In this document: positions 1 to 9,114 of the stretch, piece after piece
Position numbering within the stretch: the stretch's first letter is position 1
Layout of the letters: every line of letters starts with the position of its first letter
Assembly (NCBI GenBank): GCA_947625555.1
Contig: CANQOT010000006.1
Location: 14,248-78,247, forward strand
Length of the DNA: 64,000 nucleotides
Direction: 5' to 3'
Source: an uncultured Clostridia bacterium
GTDB lineage: Bacteria; Bacillota; Clostridia; Christensenellales; Borkfalkiaceae
Made by a program: the position numbers and the translations under genes
Notes under the pieces: model-generated
What the model was told of the DNA's origin: nothing
Databases searched by the model: none
What the model saw: the letters and a program-made list of their open reading frames with translations, nothing else

Positions 1-1247
1 TCGACGAGGAGCACGACGGGAGCTATCTCTCCGAGAGTTCCCCGCGCTACAATACCTTCGAAGTCGCCCGCCTCCGCGCCGTCTATAACGGGTGCAAGCT
101 CGTGCTGGGGAGCGCGACGCCCTCCGTCGAGACCTACCGCCGCGCCCGCACGGGGGAATTTGAGCTCATCACCCTGCCCGATCGGATCAACGCGCGGCCC
201 ATGCCCGAAGTACATATCGTCGATATGCGGCGGGAAGTGCGCCGCGGCAATCCCTCCGCTTTTTCTGCGGAGCTGCGCGAAAGGCTCAAACACTGCCTCG
301 ACGAGGGCAACCAGGCCATCCTCTTTCTCAACCGCAGGGGATACTCGCAGACGGTCATCTGCCGCGACTGCGGCTATGTCGCAAAGTGCGAGAACTGCGA
401 CGTATCGCTCACCTATCACAGCGAGGAGGACTGCCTCAAATGCCACTATTGCGGGGCCCGCTATAAGATGCTCTCCGCCTGTCCGCAATGCGGGGGGAAG
501 CACATCGGCTATGTCGGAACGGGCACCCAGCGCGTCGTCACGGAACTCAAAAAACTCTACCCTGCTGCGCGGATCCTGCGCATGGATATGGATACGACGG
601 GGGGCAAAGAGGGGCACTTTCGTATTCTGAAAGAATTTTCCGCGCGAAAGGCGGATATCCTCGTCGGTACGCAGATGGTGGCCAAGGGGCACGATTTCCC
701 CCAAGTCACGCTGGTCGGTATCCTCGACGCCGATATGAGCCTGCACTTCCCCGACTACCGCAGCGGGGAGCGTACCTTCCAGCTCGTCACGCAGGTCGCG
801 GGCAGGAGCGGCCGTGCGAGCGATGCGGGCGAGGTCGTCTTGCAGACTTACGACCCCGATAACTACATTCTCCGCTTCGCCGCGGCATACGACTACGAGG
901 GATTTTATGCCCACGAGATCGCGATGCGCGAGGCGACCATGTTCCCGCCCTTTGCGCGGATCGTCCGCGTCATGGTGACGGGGGACGAGGAGGGGGAGAC
1001 CCTCGAAGCCCTTCGCGCGGTATATTCCAAGCTCCAATCGCTCTATGCCGCCCGGCCCGAGGCCTTTCTCTTCTTCAACCGCATGCACGCGCCCATCAAG
1101 CGCATCCAGAACAAATTCCGCTATCAGGTGCTCATGCGCCTTGCGGGCGGCGGCGAACTCTTGCAGGAGATCTACGCGGTTTGCGCGGAGGAAAAATATA
1201 AAAACGTGCTCATCTATGTCGAGGAAAACCCCGGCAATTTGAGCTGA
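1..1247 (+). CDS. priA: Primosomal protein N' (PriA replication-restart helicase), C-terminal ~415 aa; 5' end lies outside the window
   Basis: The frame of ORF 102..1247 stays open back to nt 3, reading DEEHDGSY (DExH box). Cys pairs CRDCG..CENCD..CHYCG..CPQCG match the PriA zinc insert. Helicase C motifs ILVGTQMVAKGHDFP and QVAGRSGR are present. Position upstream of def-fmt is as in most Bacillota. Confidence 0.9.
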   Translation, partial: DEEHDGSYLSESSPRYNTFEVARLRAVYNGCKLVLGSATPSVETYRRARTGEFELITLPDRINARPMPEVHIVDMRREVRRGNPSAFSAELRERLKHCLDEGNQAILFLNRRGYSQTVICRDCGYVAKCENCDVSLTYHSEEDCLKCHYCGARYKMLSACPQCGGKHIGYVGTGTQRVVTELKKLYPAARILRMDMDTTGGKEGHFRILKEFSARKADILVGTQMVAKGHDFPQVTLVGILDADMSLHFPDYRSGERTFQLVTQVAGRSGRASDAGEVVLQTYDPDNYILRFAAAYDYEGFYAHEIAMREATMFPPFARIVRVMVTGDEEGETLEALRAVYSKLQSLYAARPEAFLFFNRMHAPIKRIQNKFRYQVLMRLAGGGELLQEIYAVCAEEKYKNVLIYVEENPGNLS

Positions 1248-1257
1248 AAGGTGAAAT

Positions 1258-1710
1258 ATGATTCGTGAAATCGTACAGGTGGGGGACCCCGTCCTCCGCA
1301 AAAAATGCGCGAACGTCACGCGCTTCGACCAAGAGCTTTGCGCCCTTCTCGACGATATGAAGGAAACCCTTCTTGCCGCCGAGGGCGCGGGCCTTGCCGC
1401 CCCGCAGGTGGGCGTATCCGTCCGCGCCGTCATCGTGAACGCCGACGAGGGGTTCTTCGAACTCATCAACCCCGTTTTCGTCTGGCAGAAGGGGGAGCAA
1501 AAGGGCCCCGAGGGGTGCCTCTCCATCCGCGGCAAGGCGGGGCAGGTCGTCCGCCCGTCCAAAGTCAAGGTCGTCTTTCAGGACCGCAAGGGGGATCGTT
1601 ATTCCCTCGTCGCACGCGATTTTCTCGCCCGCGCCGTCTGCCATGAGATCGATCATCTGGACGGCATTCTGTACACCGATAAAGCAACCGAGATCAGGAG
1701 CGAGGTCTGA
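1258..1710 (+). CDS. def: Peptide deformylase
   Basis: 150 aa. All three PDF motifs are present (GLAAPQVG, EGCLSIRG, HEIDHLDG). RBS aaaggtg lies upstream of the ATG. Confidence 0.95.
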   Translation: MIREIVQVGDPVLRKKCANVTRFDQELCALLDDMKETLLAAEGAGLAAPQVGVSVRAVIVNADEGFFELINPVFVWQKGEQKGPEGCLSIRGKAGQVVRPSKVKVVFQDRKGDRYSLVARDFLARAVCHEIDHLDGILYTDKATEIRSEV

Positions 1711-2640
1711 ATGAAGATCGTATTTGCGGGTACGCCCGAATTTGCGTGCGCGCCCCTCGGGGCCATTTTGGAGGCGGGATATGATGTCGCCGCCGTCCTC
1801 ACGCAGCCCGATAAGCCGCAGGGGAGAAAGGGCATTTTGACCCCCTCCCCCGTCAAAGAGGAGGCCGAGAGGTTGGGCATTGCCGTCCTTCAACCCGAAA
1901 AATTGCGGCTCGACTATGCCGCCCTCGCGGCCGTGAAAGCAGACCTCATGGTCACCTGCGCCTATGGGCAAATTTTGACGCAGGAAGTTTTGGACCTCTT
2001 CCCCTTGGGCGTATGGAATATCCATGCCTCCCTTCTTCCCGCCTACCGCGGCGCCGCGCCCATTGCCCGTGCCATCATCGACGGCTGCCGCGAGACGGGC
2101 GTCACCATCATGAAAACGGAGCTCGGGCTGGACACGGGGGATATTCTGCTCTCCGAGCGCTGCCCCATCTACGACAGCGACGATTGCGGCACGCTCTCAG
2201 ATCGTCTCTCCCGCCTCGGCGCGGAGCTCATCGTAGCGGCGCTGCCCCTCATCGAAAAGGGGAACTTTTCCCTTCAAAAACAGGGGCAGGGGTTCGTTTG
2301 TAAGAAGGTGGAGCGCACCGAAGTGGATTTCACGAGGCCTTCCCGCGAGGTCTCCTGCCTCATCCGCGGGCTCTCGCCCGCCCCCTTCGCCTATGCGCGC
2401 ACGGGGGAGCTTACACTCAATTTTTGGTTTGCGGAAGAGGCGGAATGCGGCGAAGATGTCCCTGCGGGAACGGTGGTTGCCGCTTCCCCCAAGGAGGGGC
2501 TCGTCGTAAAGTGCGGCGAGGGCGCGGTGCGCATCACCGAGCTGCAACCTGCGGGCGGGCGGCGCATGTCCGCACGCGATTTTTTGAACGGCAGAAAACT
2601 CGCAAAGGGGATGCAATTTGATATTCCTCGAACCGTATGA
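1711..2640 (+). CDS. fmt: Methionyl-tRNA formyltransferase
   Basis: 309 aa. N-terminus MKIVFAGTPEFA; formyltransferase core NIHASLLPAYRGAAPI. The ATG directly follows the def stop (TGAATG). Confidence 0.93.
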   Translation: MKIVFAGTPEFACAPLGAILEAGYDVAAVLTQPDKPQGRKGILTPSPVKEEAERLGIAVLQPEKLRLDYAALAAVKADLMVTCAYGQILTQEVLDLFPLGVWNIHASLLPAYRGAAPIARAIIDGCRETGVTIMKTELGLDTGDILLSERCPIYDSDDCGTLSDRLSRLGAELIVAALPLIEKGNFSLQKQGQGFVCKKVERTEVDFTRPSREVSCLIRGLSPAPFAYARTGELTLNFWFAEEAECGEDVPAGTVVAASPKEGLVVKCGEGAVRITELQPAGGRRMSARDFLNGRKLAKGMQFDIPRTV

Positions 2641-3832
2641 AGTGCTCACGAAGGTCTATAAGGGCGGCGCGCATTTGAAGATCGCCCTCTCGTCCCTTCT
2701 CGCGGGGGAAAAGGGGCGCACGGTAAAGCTCTGTTACGCCGTTTTGGAGCACGACGGCTATCTCGATCTATGCCTTGCAAGCATTGCGAAAAGGAAGCCG
2801 CAGGAGAGCCTTCGCCTCATCCTTAAAATCGCGCTTGCCGCCATGCTGTACGCGGACATGGTACCCCCCGTTGCCGTCAACGAGGCCGTCGCGCTCGCGA
2901 AGCACATCGGCAAAGGCGGGGCCGCGGGCTTTGTCAATGCCGCGCTTCGTGCCTTCAAAAAAGAGGATATCGTCCTGCCCGAGGGGGACGAGGGGCTCGC
3001 CGTCGAGAGCAATTTCCCGCGCTTTGCGATACGCGCCCTGCGCGAGCGGTACGGCGACCGCGTGCGGGACATCGTACTCGCGAGAAGCCAAGGCGTGAGC
3101 GTACGCTTTTTGCGCGGCATGGAGAACTATCTCGGGCGCGAACACCTCGATACGCCCTTCGAAAAGGTCAAGATCTTCAAGAATTTCGCGCGGGACGAGG
3201 GGTTCGATCGCGGCGATTATACCTTCCAATCGGTGGGTTCCGTCGCCGTCTGCGAAGCGATCGCCCCCTGCGAACATCTCCTCGACGCCTGCGCCGCGCC
3301 GGGCGGCAAGTCCGTCCTCCTCGCCGAAAAATGCGCCCGTATTACGGCGTGCGAGGTGCACCCGCACCGCGTCGCGCTCATGGAGAGCTATATTCGCCGC
3401 ATGGGTGCGGAAAACATCGAGGTCTTTGAAAAGGACGCTACGGCGTTCGACCCCGCATGGGAGGGGAAATTCGACGCGGTCCTGTGCGATGTCCCCTGTT
3501 CGGGGCTTGGCACCGCCTCGGAGAATCCCGACCTTGTTTTGAACAAAAACGAGGCCACCATGTCCGGGATCGTGGCTCTGCAAAGGGCCATTCTCGCGAA
3601 TTGTTCGCGCTATGTGAAGGCGGGTGGCGCGCTCTACTATGCGACCTGCTCCGTTCTTCCCGACGAAAACGACGGGGCCTGCGCCGCCTTTCTTACCGAG
3701 AGGATGCACTTTTCCGCCGAGGAAATTTCCTCCCCGCTCCCGCACGAAAAGACGACCTATGGGCTGCAATTTCTGCCCGATCGCGCATTCGGCGCGGGCT
3801 TCTATCTCGCGAAATTCAGGAGACAGGCATGA
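2618..3832 (+). CDS. rsmB: 16S rRNA m5C methyltransferase RsmB/Sun family
   Basis: 404 aa. SAM/m5C-methyltransferase motifs DACAAPGGKS, CDVPCSGLGT and YATCSV. Canonical slot after fmt. The start overlaps fmt by 23 nt, so the exact start codon is uncertain. Confidence 0.85.
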   Translation: MIFLEPYEVLTKVYKGGAHLKIALSSLLAGEKGRTVKLCYAVLEHDGYLDLCLASIAKRKPQESLRLILKIALAAMLYADMVPPVAVNEAVALAKHIGKGGAAGFVNAALRAFKKEDIVLPEGDEGLAVESNFPRFAIRALRERYGDRVRDIVLARSQGVSVRFLRGMENYLGREHLDTPFEKVKIFKNFARDEGFDRGDYTFQSVGSVAVCEAIAPCEHLLDACAAPGGKSVLLAEKCARITACEVHPHRVALMESYIRRMGAENIEVFEKDATAFDPAWEGKFDAVLCDVPCSGLGTASENPDLVLNKNEATMSGIVALQRAILANCSRYVKAGGALYYATCSVLPDENDGACAAFLTERMHFSAEEISSPLPHEKTTYGLQFLPDRAFGAGFYLAKFRRQA

Positions 3833-4869
3833 AGGGTGTTTTGCAAGATCTGAGCCTTGAAGAACTTCTCTCGCTCGTGCAAAATGCGGGCGAGAAGCCC
3901 TTCCGCGCAAAACAGATCTTCGAGGGGCTCATGCAGGGGAAAAAGCTCTCCGCGCTCCCCGTCCCGTTCGCCCTCCGCGCCTACCTCCTCGAACGCTTCG
4001 AGGACGAGCCCGTCAAGATCAAAGATACATTTGTATCGCAGGATGGGACGAAGAAGTTCTTGTTCGAGCTCGCCGACGGCAATCTCATCGAGGGCGTCCT
4101 CATGCACTACGACTACGGCAACACGCAGTGCGTCTCCACGCAGGTGGGCTGCCGCATGGGGTGCAAATTCTGCGCTTCCACGCTGGGCGGGCGCGTGCGG
4201 GACCTCTCCGCGGGCGAGATTTTGGGCGAGATCGCGGCCGTCAACCGTTTGGAAGGGGGGACTTTGAAGGAGAGGGCGGTCACCAACGTCGTCCTCATGG
4301 GCAGCGGCGAACCCTTCGACAACTACCAGAACGTCGTCAAATTTTTGCGCAATCTCACCGCCGAGGGCGGTCTCCACATGAGCGCGCGCAACATTTCTTT
4401 GTCCACCTGCGGGCTCGTGCCCGAGATGAGGCGCTTTGCCGAGGAGGGGATCCCCCTCAACCTCACCGTCTCGCTGCACGCCGTGACGGATGAAGAACGC
4501 CGCCGCACGATGCCCGTCGCGAACAAGTATCACATCGCCGAAATTCTCGACGCGTGCGCCGATTACTTCGAAAAGACGGGCCGCCGTTATATCTTCGAAT
4601 ATAGCCTCATCGAGGGGGAGAACGCGGACATGGTACATGCGGAAGCGCTCGCCGACCTCTTGAAGGGAAGGCCCTGCCATGTCAATCTCATCCGCCTCAA
4701 TCCCGTGAAGGAACGCAATTTGAAGGGGACGGACGAGCGCACCGCACAGGCCTTTTTGAAGGCGCTTTTAACGCGCGGGATCTCCGCGACCCTGCGCCGC
4801 AGCATGGGCTCCGATATCGGCGGAGCCTGCGGGCAACTTCGGGCAAAATACATCTCGAAAGACGAATAA
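3829..4869 (+). CDS. rlmN: 23S rRNA/tRNA adenine-C2 methyltransferase RlmN (radical SAM)
   Basis: 346 aa from ATG 3829, with RBS aggaga and an ATGA overlap with the rsmB stop. Radical-SAM cluster CRMGCKFCAS, plus SGEPFDN and C-terminal GGACGQL. The track ORF 3457..4869 carries a 124-codon out-of-context extension that overlaps rsmB. Confidence 0.92.
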   Translation: MKGVLQDLSLEELLSLVQNAGEKPFRAKQIFEGLMQGKKLSALPVPFALRAYLLERFEDEPVKIKDTFVSQDGTKKFLFELADGNLIEGVLMHYDYGNTQCVSTQVGCRMGCKFCASTLGGRVRDLSAGEILGEIAAVNRLEGGTLKERAVTNVVLMGSGEPFDNYQNVVKFLRNLTAEGGLHMSARNISLSTCGLVPEMRRFAEEGIPLNLTVSLHAVTDEERRRTMPVANKYHIAEILDACADYFEKTGRRYIFEYSLIEGENADMVHAEALADLLKGRPCHVNLIRLNPVKERNLKGTDERTAQAFLKALLTRGISATLRRSMGSDIGGACGQLRAKYISKDE

Positions 4870-4899
4870 CCACCCCAAACGTTCCACAAGGAGGTCACT

Positions 4900-5553
4900 A
4901 TGAATATCAAAATCGCGCCGTCCATTCTATCTGCCGACTTTGCAAAGCTCAGCGAGGAGGTCGCCCTTCTCGAAAGATGCGGCGCAGATCTTATCCATTG
5001 CGACGTCATGGACGGAAATTTTGTTCCGCCCATCACCTTCGGCGCGCAGACGGTGGGGGCCATCCGCCCGCACACGCGCCTTCCCCTCGATTGCCACCTC
5101 ATGACGCTTCACCCCGAGACGTATATCGAAGATTTCGTCAAAGCGGGCGCGGATATCATTTCCGTCCACGTCGAGGCGTGCGGCGAAAAGACTCCGGCGG
5201 TCCTTCGGACCATTCAGAGCCGCGGCGTGAAGGCGTGCGCCGTCATAAACCCCGAGACGCGGGCAGAAGCGCTCTTTCCCGCTATGGAGATCGCAGACAT
5301 GATCCTCGTGATGAGCGTCCACCCCGGCTATGCGGGGCAGAAATTCATCGTGGACGCCCTCGATAAAATCCGCACCCTCCGCGCCCATGCCGTCAAGATC
5401 GGGCGCATAGCGCTCGATATCGAAGTGGACGGCGGCATCACCGAGGGGAACGTGAAGGAGGTCATCTCTGCGGGCGCGAACGTCATCGTCGCGGGCAGTG
5501 CGATCTTTTCCTCCCCCGACAGAGAAGCGACCATTTCGAGGTTGCGCGGATGA
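4900..5553 (+). CDS. rpe: Ribulose-phosphate 3-epimerase
   Basis: 217 aa. Motifs SILSADF, HCDVMDGNFVP, MSVHPGYAGQKF and VDGGI. Strong RBS aaggagg. Confidence 0.93.
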   Translation: MNIKIAPSILSADFAKLSEEVALLERCGADLIHCDVMDGNFVPPITFGAQTVGAIRPHTRLPLDCHLMTLHPETYIEDFVKAGADIISVHVEACGEKTPAVLRTIQSRGVKACAVINPETRAEALFPAMEIADMILVMSVHPGYAGQKFIVDALDKIRTLRAHAVKIGRIALDIEVDGGITEGNVKEVISAGANVIVAGSAIFSSPDREATISRLRG

Positions 5554-6176
5554 GCGTGCAAAAACGCGCCGTCATTCTCCTCAACGGCGAGCCCTATCAA
5601 GGGGAAATTTCCGCCGAAAACGCCTACGTCATCTGTTGCGACGGGGCGTATTTTTGGGCGAAGAATAAGGTCAGGATCGACGAGAATTTGGGCGATTTCG
5701 ATTCCTTGGACGAGACGCCCGAGCCCTCGCCGCGGGAAAAATTTCCCTCCGAAAAGGACGAGACGGACGGCGAACTCGCCGTGGATAGGGCATTGGAGCT
5801 CGGCGCGGCCGAGCTCGTCTTTTACGGCGGGGGCGGGGGAAGGGAAGATCACTTCCTCGGCAATTTGCACCTTTTATACAAGGCAAAAAGGGCGGGCGCG
5901 CTTTCCGCCGTCCTTCTCACGAACGGCGCGCAAATAACCCTCTGCGGCGAGGGTGAACAGGGGTTCGCCTCAAAGAAGTGGCAAACGGTTTCCCTGTTGC
6001 CTTTCGGCGGCGACGCGCATATCATGGAGATAGAGGGGCTCAAATATGCGCCCGACGACCTGAAACTTTGCTACGGCTCCACGCGCGGCATCTCCAATCT
6101 CACCGTGGGGGAGGGCTTTTCCTTCCGGGTGAAGAAAGGTTATGTGCTCGTTATCATCAACGAGGAGGTTGTATGA
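5550..6176 (+). CDS. thiN: Thiamine pyrophosphokinase
   Basis: 208 aa. GDFDS motif (NLGDFDSLDE), GGGGGREDHFLGNL, and a C-terminal thiamine-binding-like beta domain. ATGA overlap with rpe. The rpe-thiN pairing is conserved in Bacillota. Confidence 0.8.
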   Translation: MSVQKRAVILLNGEPYQGEISAENAYVICCDGAYFWAKNKVRIDENLGDFDSLDETPEPSPREKFPSEKDETDGELAVDRALELGAAELVFYGGGGGREDHFLGNLHLLYKAKRAGALSAVLLTNGAQITLCGEGEQGFASKKWQTVSLLPFGGDAHIMEIEGLKYAPDDLKLCYGSTRGISNLTVGEGFSFRVKKGYVLVIINEEVV

Positions 6177-6234
6177 TCATCTGCTTCAAGCTGCCGAGAA
6201 TGCTCGGCTGCATCGTACGGCTGTTCTACAAGGG

Positions 6235-7128
6235 ATGAAATACATCGATCTGCACTGCGACGCTCTCACCAAACGTGAGGGCGTCTTTCAAGTTACGAAG
6301 GCGCTCCTGCATGCGGGCGGCTGCATGTTGCAGTGCTTCGCGGCGTTCATCGAAGAAAAGGATCGCCGCTTCGAACGCGCTCTTGCCCTCTGCGACCGCT
6401 TCGATGCAATGTGCGAGAAAGAGGGCTATTTGCCCGTGCGCACTTTTTCGGACATAAAAAAGGAGGGGGTCCACGCCATGCTGACGGTGGAAGAGGGCGG
6501 GGCCGTCGAGGGGAGCATCGAAAAGCTCGAAAGGCTCTACTTTCGCGGCGTGCGCATGATGACGCTCACATGGAACTATCCCAACGAAATCGGCTTTCCG
6601 CACACCTCACCCTCGGACATGGGTGGCCTCTCCTCCTTCGGAGGGGCGTGTGTGGAGCGCATGTGCGAGCTCAAAATGCTGCCCGACGTCTCTCACGGGA
6701 ACGACCGCCTCGTCTTCGATACGGCCGCCATTTGCAGGGCGAAGGGCTTCCCCCTCGTCGCGAGCCATTCCAATGCGCGCGCCGCATCCTTCCACACCCG
6801 CAATCTCTCCGACGAGGGAATCCGTACGGTCGCGGCGTGCGGCGGGGTGGTGGGGCTCAACTTCTTTGCGAATTTCCTCTCGGCGGAGGGGAGCGAAGGG
6901 GGGCAGAGGGAGGCCCTTCTTTCTCATGCGAGGCATATCCTGCGTGTCGGCGGGGAGGACGCCCTGTCGCTCGGCTCCGATTTCGACGGCGCGCCCCCCA
7001 ATCCCTATGTGAAGGACGCCGCCTGCGTCCCCAAACTTCTCGGCGATCTCGAAGAGGCCTTTGGCGGCCGCATTGCCGAAAAGATCGCCTATCGAAACGC
7101 CCTCCGCGTCTTTGAGAGCCTCGGCTGA
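6235..7128 (+). CDS. Membrane (renal-type, M19) dipeptidase family protein
   Basis: 297 aa from ATG 6235 (MKYIDLHCDALT). Motifs LTWNYPNEIG, DVSHGND, ASHSNARA and LGSDFDG. The earlier ATG at 6142 would overlap thiN and adds no family-like sequence. Confidence 0.75.
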   Translation: MKYIDLHCDALTKREGVFQVTKALLHAGGCMLQCFAAFIEEKDRRFERALALCDRFDAMCEKEGYLPVRTFSDIKKEGVHAMLTVEEGGAVEGSIEKLERLYFRGVRMMTLTWNYPNEIGFPHTSPSDMGGLSSFGGACVERMCELKMLPDVSHGNDRLVFDTAAICRAKGFPLVASHSNARAASFHTRNLSDEGIRTVAACGGVVGLNFFANFLSAEGSEGGQREALLSHARHILRVGGEDALSLGSDFDGAPPNPYVKDAACVPKLLGDLEEAFGGRIAEKIAYRNALRVFESLG

Positions 7129-7144
7129 ATTTATATGAAATAAA

Positions 7145-7182
7145 AGAAAAAAACAGCGAGAAAATTTTCCTCGCTGTTTTGC
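7145..7182. terminator. Bidirectional rho-independent terminator between the convergent dipeptidase and lipoprotein genes
   Basis: Stem aaacagcgag (7151-7160) pairs with ctcgctgttt (7170-7179). An A-run lies upstream and a T-run downstream. Confidence 0.75.
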
Positions 7183-7199
7183 TCTGAAAGGGGTTCAAA

Positions 7200-9080
7200 T
7201 TACCGTCGTCCGGGCCCCATGCCGCCAAAACCTCCGCCGAAGCCTCCCGGAGGAGTGCCGCCCGGATTGCCCATATTCCCTTGGGAACCGACCGAAGTAA
7301 TTACCGTGGAAATCGTAAAAGCACAAAGTTGCGTATCGCCGCCGTAGAGCTTGAAACTCTCGCCTACAAGAAGTTCGGGGCAGGAGACAATGATCGATTG
7401 GCAGTTCTTTTTCACGGTGATGGAGAAAATCGACGCACCGTCTTCATCGGTCAGGGACAGGACGGTATTTGCGCCGATGGCTTGATTTTGCGCATAGGAC
7501 AATACGTTCTGTTTGGAATTGCTTGCAGGCGTTTCCACCATGCCGAGAGGGCCAACCGCAAAGAGATATCCGCCGTCGATCAGGATCCCCCTGTCGGCGT
7601 CAAGCGCACCGTTGGCGCCCGAAGTCGGGCCGAACACGACGAGCGTGCCGCCCGTCATATTGATGGATCCGTTGGAATCCACACCGTCGCCTTCGGCATT
7701 GACGCAGATCTCGCCGCCGCTTATGATGATATGCTCCGTAATGCGCGCGTCGTCGCTTGCGGCGTTGATCCCATCGTCGCTCGCCGTAAGGTTTATTTTG
7801 CCGCCGGCGATCTCCACATAGCTGCCCTCGATACCCTCATAGCTCTTTGTCACGGTGATCTCGCCGCCCGAGATCTTCGTGAGGGCATCGCTCGTCAAGG
7901 CGTCGTCAAGGGTGGAAATCGTAAACGTTCCGCCGCTCACCGAAAGGTTTCCGTTGTTTGCATGGATCGCGTCGTCTGTACTGTCGATCGTGAACGTTCC
8001 GCCCTCAATCAGAATGGAGTAGTCGCCTTCCGTAACTTGAATTTCGCCGTTCTCGTTCTCGGGGTCGGGATATTCGATCCCCCCGACTTTCATTCCTTTG
8101 CAACTTTGCGAAAGTCCGTAAACGCTGTTTGAAGCATAGCGGCCGGCCTCGTCGCTTGCAATTCTCCTATATTCGCCGCTTTGTTGAATATATTTGAAAT
8201 CGGCCGCCGCCATATCATATTGGGACATCTGCGTTTTGGGAACGAATTCACCCGTAGTTTTGATATCGTAGGTCCCGCCGTCGATATAAACAACGGTGTC
8301 GGCCTGGATGCCGTCTCCCGCCGTTTTGCAGGAATACTCGACGTCTTTGAGATAAACATAGCCCTCTGCGGTCGTGAATGCCGTCGTCCCGTCGTCGCAC
8401 TCCGCTTTGATCCCATCCTTGCCCGCAGACAGAACATTTATTTTACAATTCGAGCCCGAGAGGGAGAGCGCGGAGATTGCGTAATTTGCCGCCGTGAGCG
8501 TGAGCGAGCAATCGACGATCGCAAGTTTTTTGGAAACGTTGATCGCGTTCTTGCCTTCGCTTGTGACCGACAAAGAGCCTTTTCCATTCAAAGAGAGCGC
8601 TCCCTTGATGTGAATGGCGTTCGCGCCCTCGGCCATGCAACAGACGGAATTTTCGCCGACGAGCGTAATGAGGACCTCGGCCTTTGTGTGCTCGGCGCCG
8701 TTGAGCGCGACGTCGAATGCCGACGAGATCTGTGCACCGTCAAAGATGAGGTGCACTTTCAAGCCGTCCGCGCCGAGCGCGATCCCGCCGTATTTGCCGC
8801 TGAAAAGGTATGTCCCGCTTTGGGTGATCTGATAGATTTCATCCGTCGGCGGGACTTCGGTCGCACCGTCCGAAGAAGCATTCCCCGACAATTCGGAAAA
8901 ATCCTCGTAGGAAAAGTCCTCTTTTACTCCGCCCGTAACGTCCTCGGCGTTGTCCGCGCTCTCTCCCGTGCCGCCCCCGCCGAGATAGTCGCCGGGGTTT
9001 ACAAAGGGCCCTGCCCTGCAACTTGCCAAAACGCAAACGGATAGGGTAAGCGCAAACGTCAAAGTTACAATTCGTTTCAT
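7200..9080 (-). CDS. Secreted lipoprotein, predicted parallel beta-helix (resembles the Cthe_2159 carbohydrate-binding family)
   Basis: 626 aa. Signal peptide and lipobox MKRIVTLTFALTLSVCVLASC; RBS aaaggaag. Repeated turns such as VSGGTFTISTLDDAL, IAGGKINLTASDDGINA and ISGGEICVNAEGDGVDSNG. Gly-rich C-terminal tail GNPGGTPPGGFGGGFGGMGPG. The family call is from memory and was not searched. Confidence 0.6.
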   Translation of the reverse strand: MKRIVTLTFALTLSVCVLASCRAGPFVNPGDYLGGGGTGESADNAEDVTGGVKEDFSYEDFSELSGNASSDGATEVPPTDEIYQITQSGTYLFSGKYGGIALGADGLKVHLIFDGAQISSAFDVALNGAEHTKAEVLITLVGENSVCCMAEGANAIHIKGALSLNGKGSLSVTSEGKNAINVSKKLAIVDCSLTLTAANYAISALSLSGSNCKINVLSAGKDGIKAECDDGTTAFTTAEGYVYLKDVEYSCKTAGDGIQADTVVYIDGGTYDIKTTGEFVPKTQMSQYDMAAADFKYIQQSGEYRRIASDEAGRYASNSVYGLSQSCKGMKVGGIEYPDPENENGEIQVTEGDYSILIEGGTFTIDSTDDAIHANNGNLSVSGGTFTISTLDDALTSDALTKISGGEITVTKSYEGIEGSYVEIAGGKINLTASDDGINAASDDARITEHIIISGGEICVNAEGDGVDSNGSINMTGGTLVVFGPTSGANGALDADRGILIDGGYLFAVGPLGMVETPASNSKQNVLSYAQNQAIGANTVLSLTDEDGASIFSITVKKNCQSIIVSCPELLVGESFKLYGGDTQLCAFTISTVITSVGSQGNMGNPGGTPPGGFGGGFGGMGPGRR

Positions 9081-9114
9081 AACTGCTTCCTTTTTGATGG
9101 CAGTTTATCTTTTC

